Positions 35,304-36,299 of a DNA stretch of 36,299 nt are shown one piece after another (positions within the stretch are counted from its first letter, which is position 1; each line of letters begins with the position of its first letter). Under the pieces are notes generated by a model. It was given only the letters and a program-made list of their open reading frames with translations, was not told where the DNA came from and made no database searches. Position numbers and translations under genes: made by a program. The stretch is from a virus (Duplodnaviria; Heunggongvirae; Uroviricota; Caudoviricetes): positions 1-36,299 of IMG/VR virus record IMGVR_UViG_2657245570_000017, one strand, 5' to 3'.

Positions 35304-36299
35304 ATGATACAACCTATTTCCGGCCCTCCTCCTGGGCAACCACCAGGTCAGGGAGATAACCTGCCGTCTGGCGCGGGCAATCAGCCTTTATCCAGTCAGC
35401 AACGTACTTCGCTGGAAAGCTTAATGACGAAAGTGACCTCACTGACGCAACAGCAAAGAGCAGAACTGTGGGCGGGTATCAGGCACGATATTGGTCTGTC
35501 GGGAGATTCACCGCTGCTTTCGCGTCACTTCCCTGCCGCTGAGCACAATCTGGCGCAACGTCTGCTGGCCGCGCAAAAAAGCCATTCTGCCCGCCAGCTT
35601 TTAGCGCAATTAGGGGAGTATTTACGTCTGGGGAATAATCGTCAGGCGGTCACGGATTATATCCGTCATAACTTTGGTCAGACGCCGCTGAATCAGCTCT
35701 CACCGGAGCAATTAAAAAACATTCTCACCCTGTTGCAGGAAGGGAAGATGGTTATTCCGCAACCGCAGCAGCGCGAGGCGACCGACCGTCCTTTATTACC
35801 GGCGGAGCACAATGCGCTTAAACAGCTGGTGACCAAACTTGCGGCGGCAACGGGAGAACCCAGCAAGCAGATCTGGCAATCGATGCTGGAACTTTCCGGG
35901 GTGAAAGATGGTGAGTTAATTCCAGCGAAACTGTTTAACCATCTGGTGACCTGGCTGCAGGCGCGTCAGACGCTAAGCCAGCAAAATACGCCGACGCTGG
36001 AATCACTACAGATGGCGCTGAAACAACCTTTAGATGCCAGTGAACTGGCGGCGTTATCGGCATATATCCAGCAAAAATATGGTCTTTCTGCGCAATCATC
36101 GCTTTCTTCAGCCCAGGCCGAGGATATTCTTAATCAGCTTTATCAACGGCGGGTTAAAGGGATTGATCCGCGTGATATGCAACCGCTGCTTAATCCTTTT
36201 CCACCGATGATGGACACGTTGCAAAATATGGCAACGCGTCCCGCGCTGTGGATACTGTTAGTCGCGATTATCCTGATGCTGGTCTGGCTGGTTCGTTAA
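35304..36299 (+). CDS. flk: Host flagellar regulator Flk
   Basis: 331 aa; MIQPISGPPPGQPPGQ N-terminus and C-terminal hydrophobic anchor match enterobacterial Flk as recalled; stop at window end. Confidence 0.65.
   Translation: MIQPISGPPPGQPPGQGDNLPSGAGNQPLSSQQRTSLESLMTKVTSLTQQQRAELWAGIRHDIGLSGDSPLLSRHFPAAEHNLAQRLLAAQKSHSARQLLAQLGEYLRLGNNRQAVTDYIRHNFGQTPLNQLSPEQLKNILTLLQEGKMVIPQPQQREATDRPLLPAEHNALKQLVTKLAAATGEPSKQIWQSMLELSGVKDGELIPAKLFNHLVTWLQARQTLSQQNTPTLESLQMALKQPLDASELAALSAYIQQKYGLSAQSSLSSAQAEDILNQLYQRRVKGIDPRDMQPLLNPFPPMMDTLQNMATRPALWILLVAIILMLVWLVR

Overview
The window is almost entirely one integrated P2-like (Peduovirus-type) temperate prophage, about 35.1 kb, running from an att-like repeat at the 3' end of the integrase gene (11-28) to its partner repeat (35119-35136), with the host gene flk to the right (35304-36299). 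All calls are from reading the sequence and ORF track against remembered family signatures; no database search was run. The backbone is recognisable: int, C-type repressor, cox, an early operon of small genes, the rolling-circle initiator A, then the portal and terminase (Q, P) divergent from the capsid, lysis, tail-completion, baseplate and tail-fibre genes (O through H and a tail-fibre assembly gene), then the tail sheath, tube and tape-measure genes, D and ogr. The accessory cargo is the interesting part: (1) a plasmid-type ParM/ParR-like actin partition cassette with paired palindromes directly after A; (2) an orphan 89-aa gene with its own promoter, a structured leader and a terminator; (3) a multi-cassette tail-fibre inversion system with a Hin-family invertase and four hix-like sites; (4) the tail sheath-to-U block on the opposite strand to D, unlike P2; (5) a Hok-like type I toxin; (6) a Mu com/mom-like translational-control module driving a DNA methyltransferase, preceded by clustered GATC sites; (7) a structured, apparently non-coding region inside the early operon. 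No rRNA, tRNA or CRISPR array was seen.
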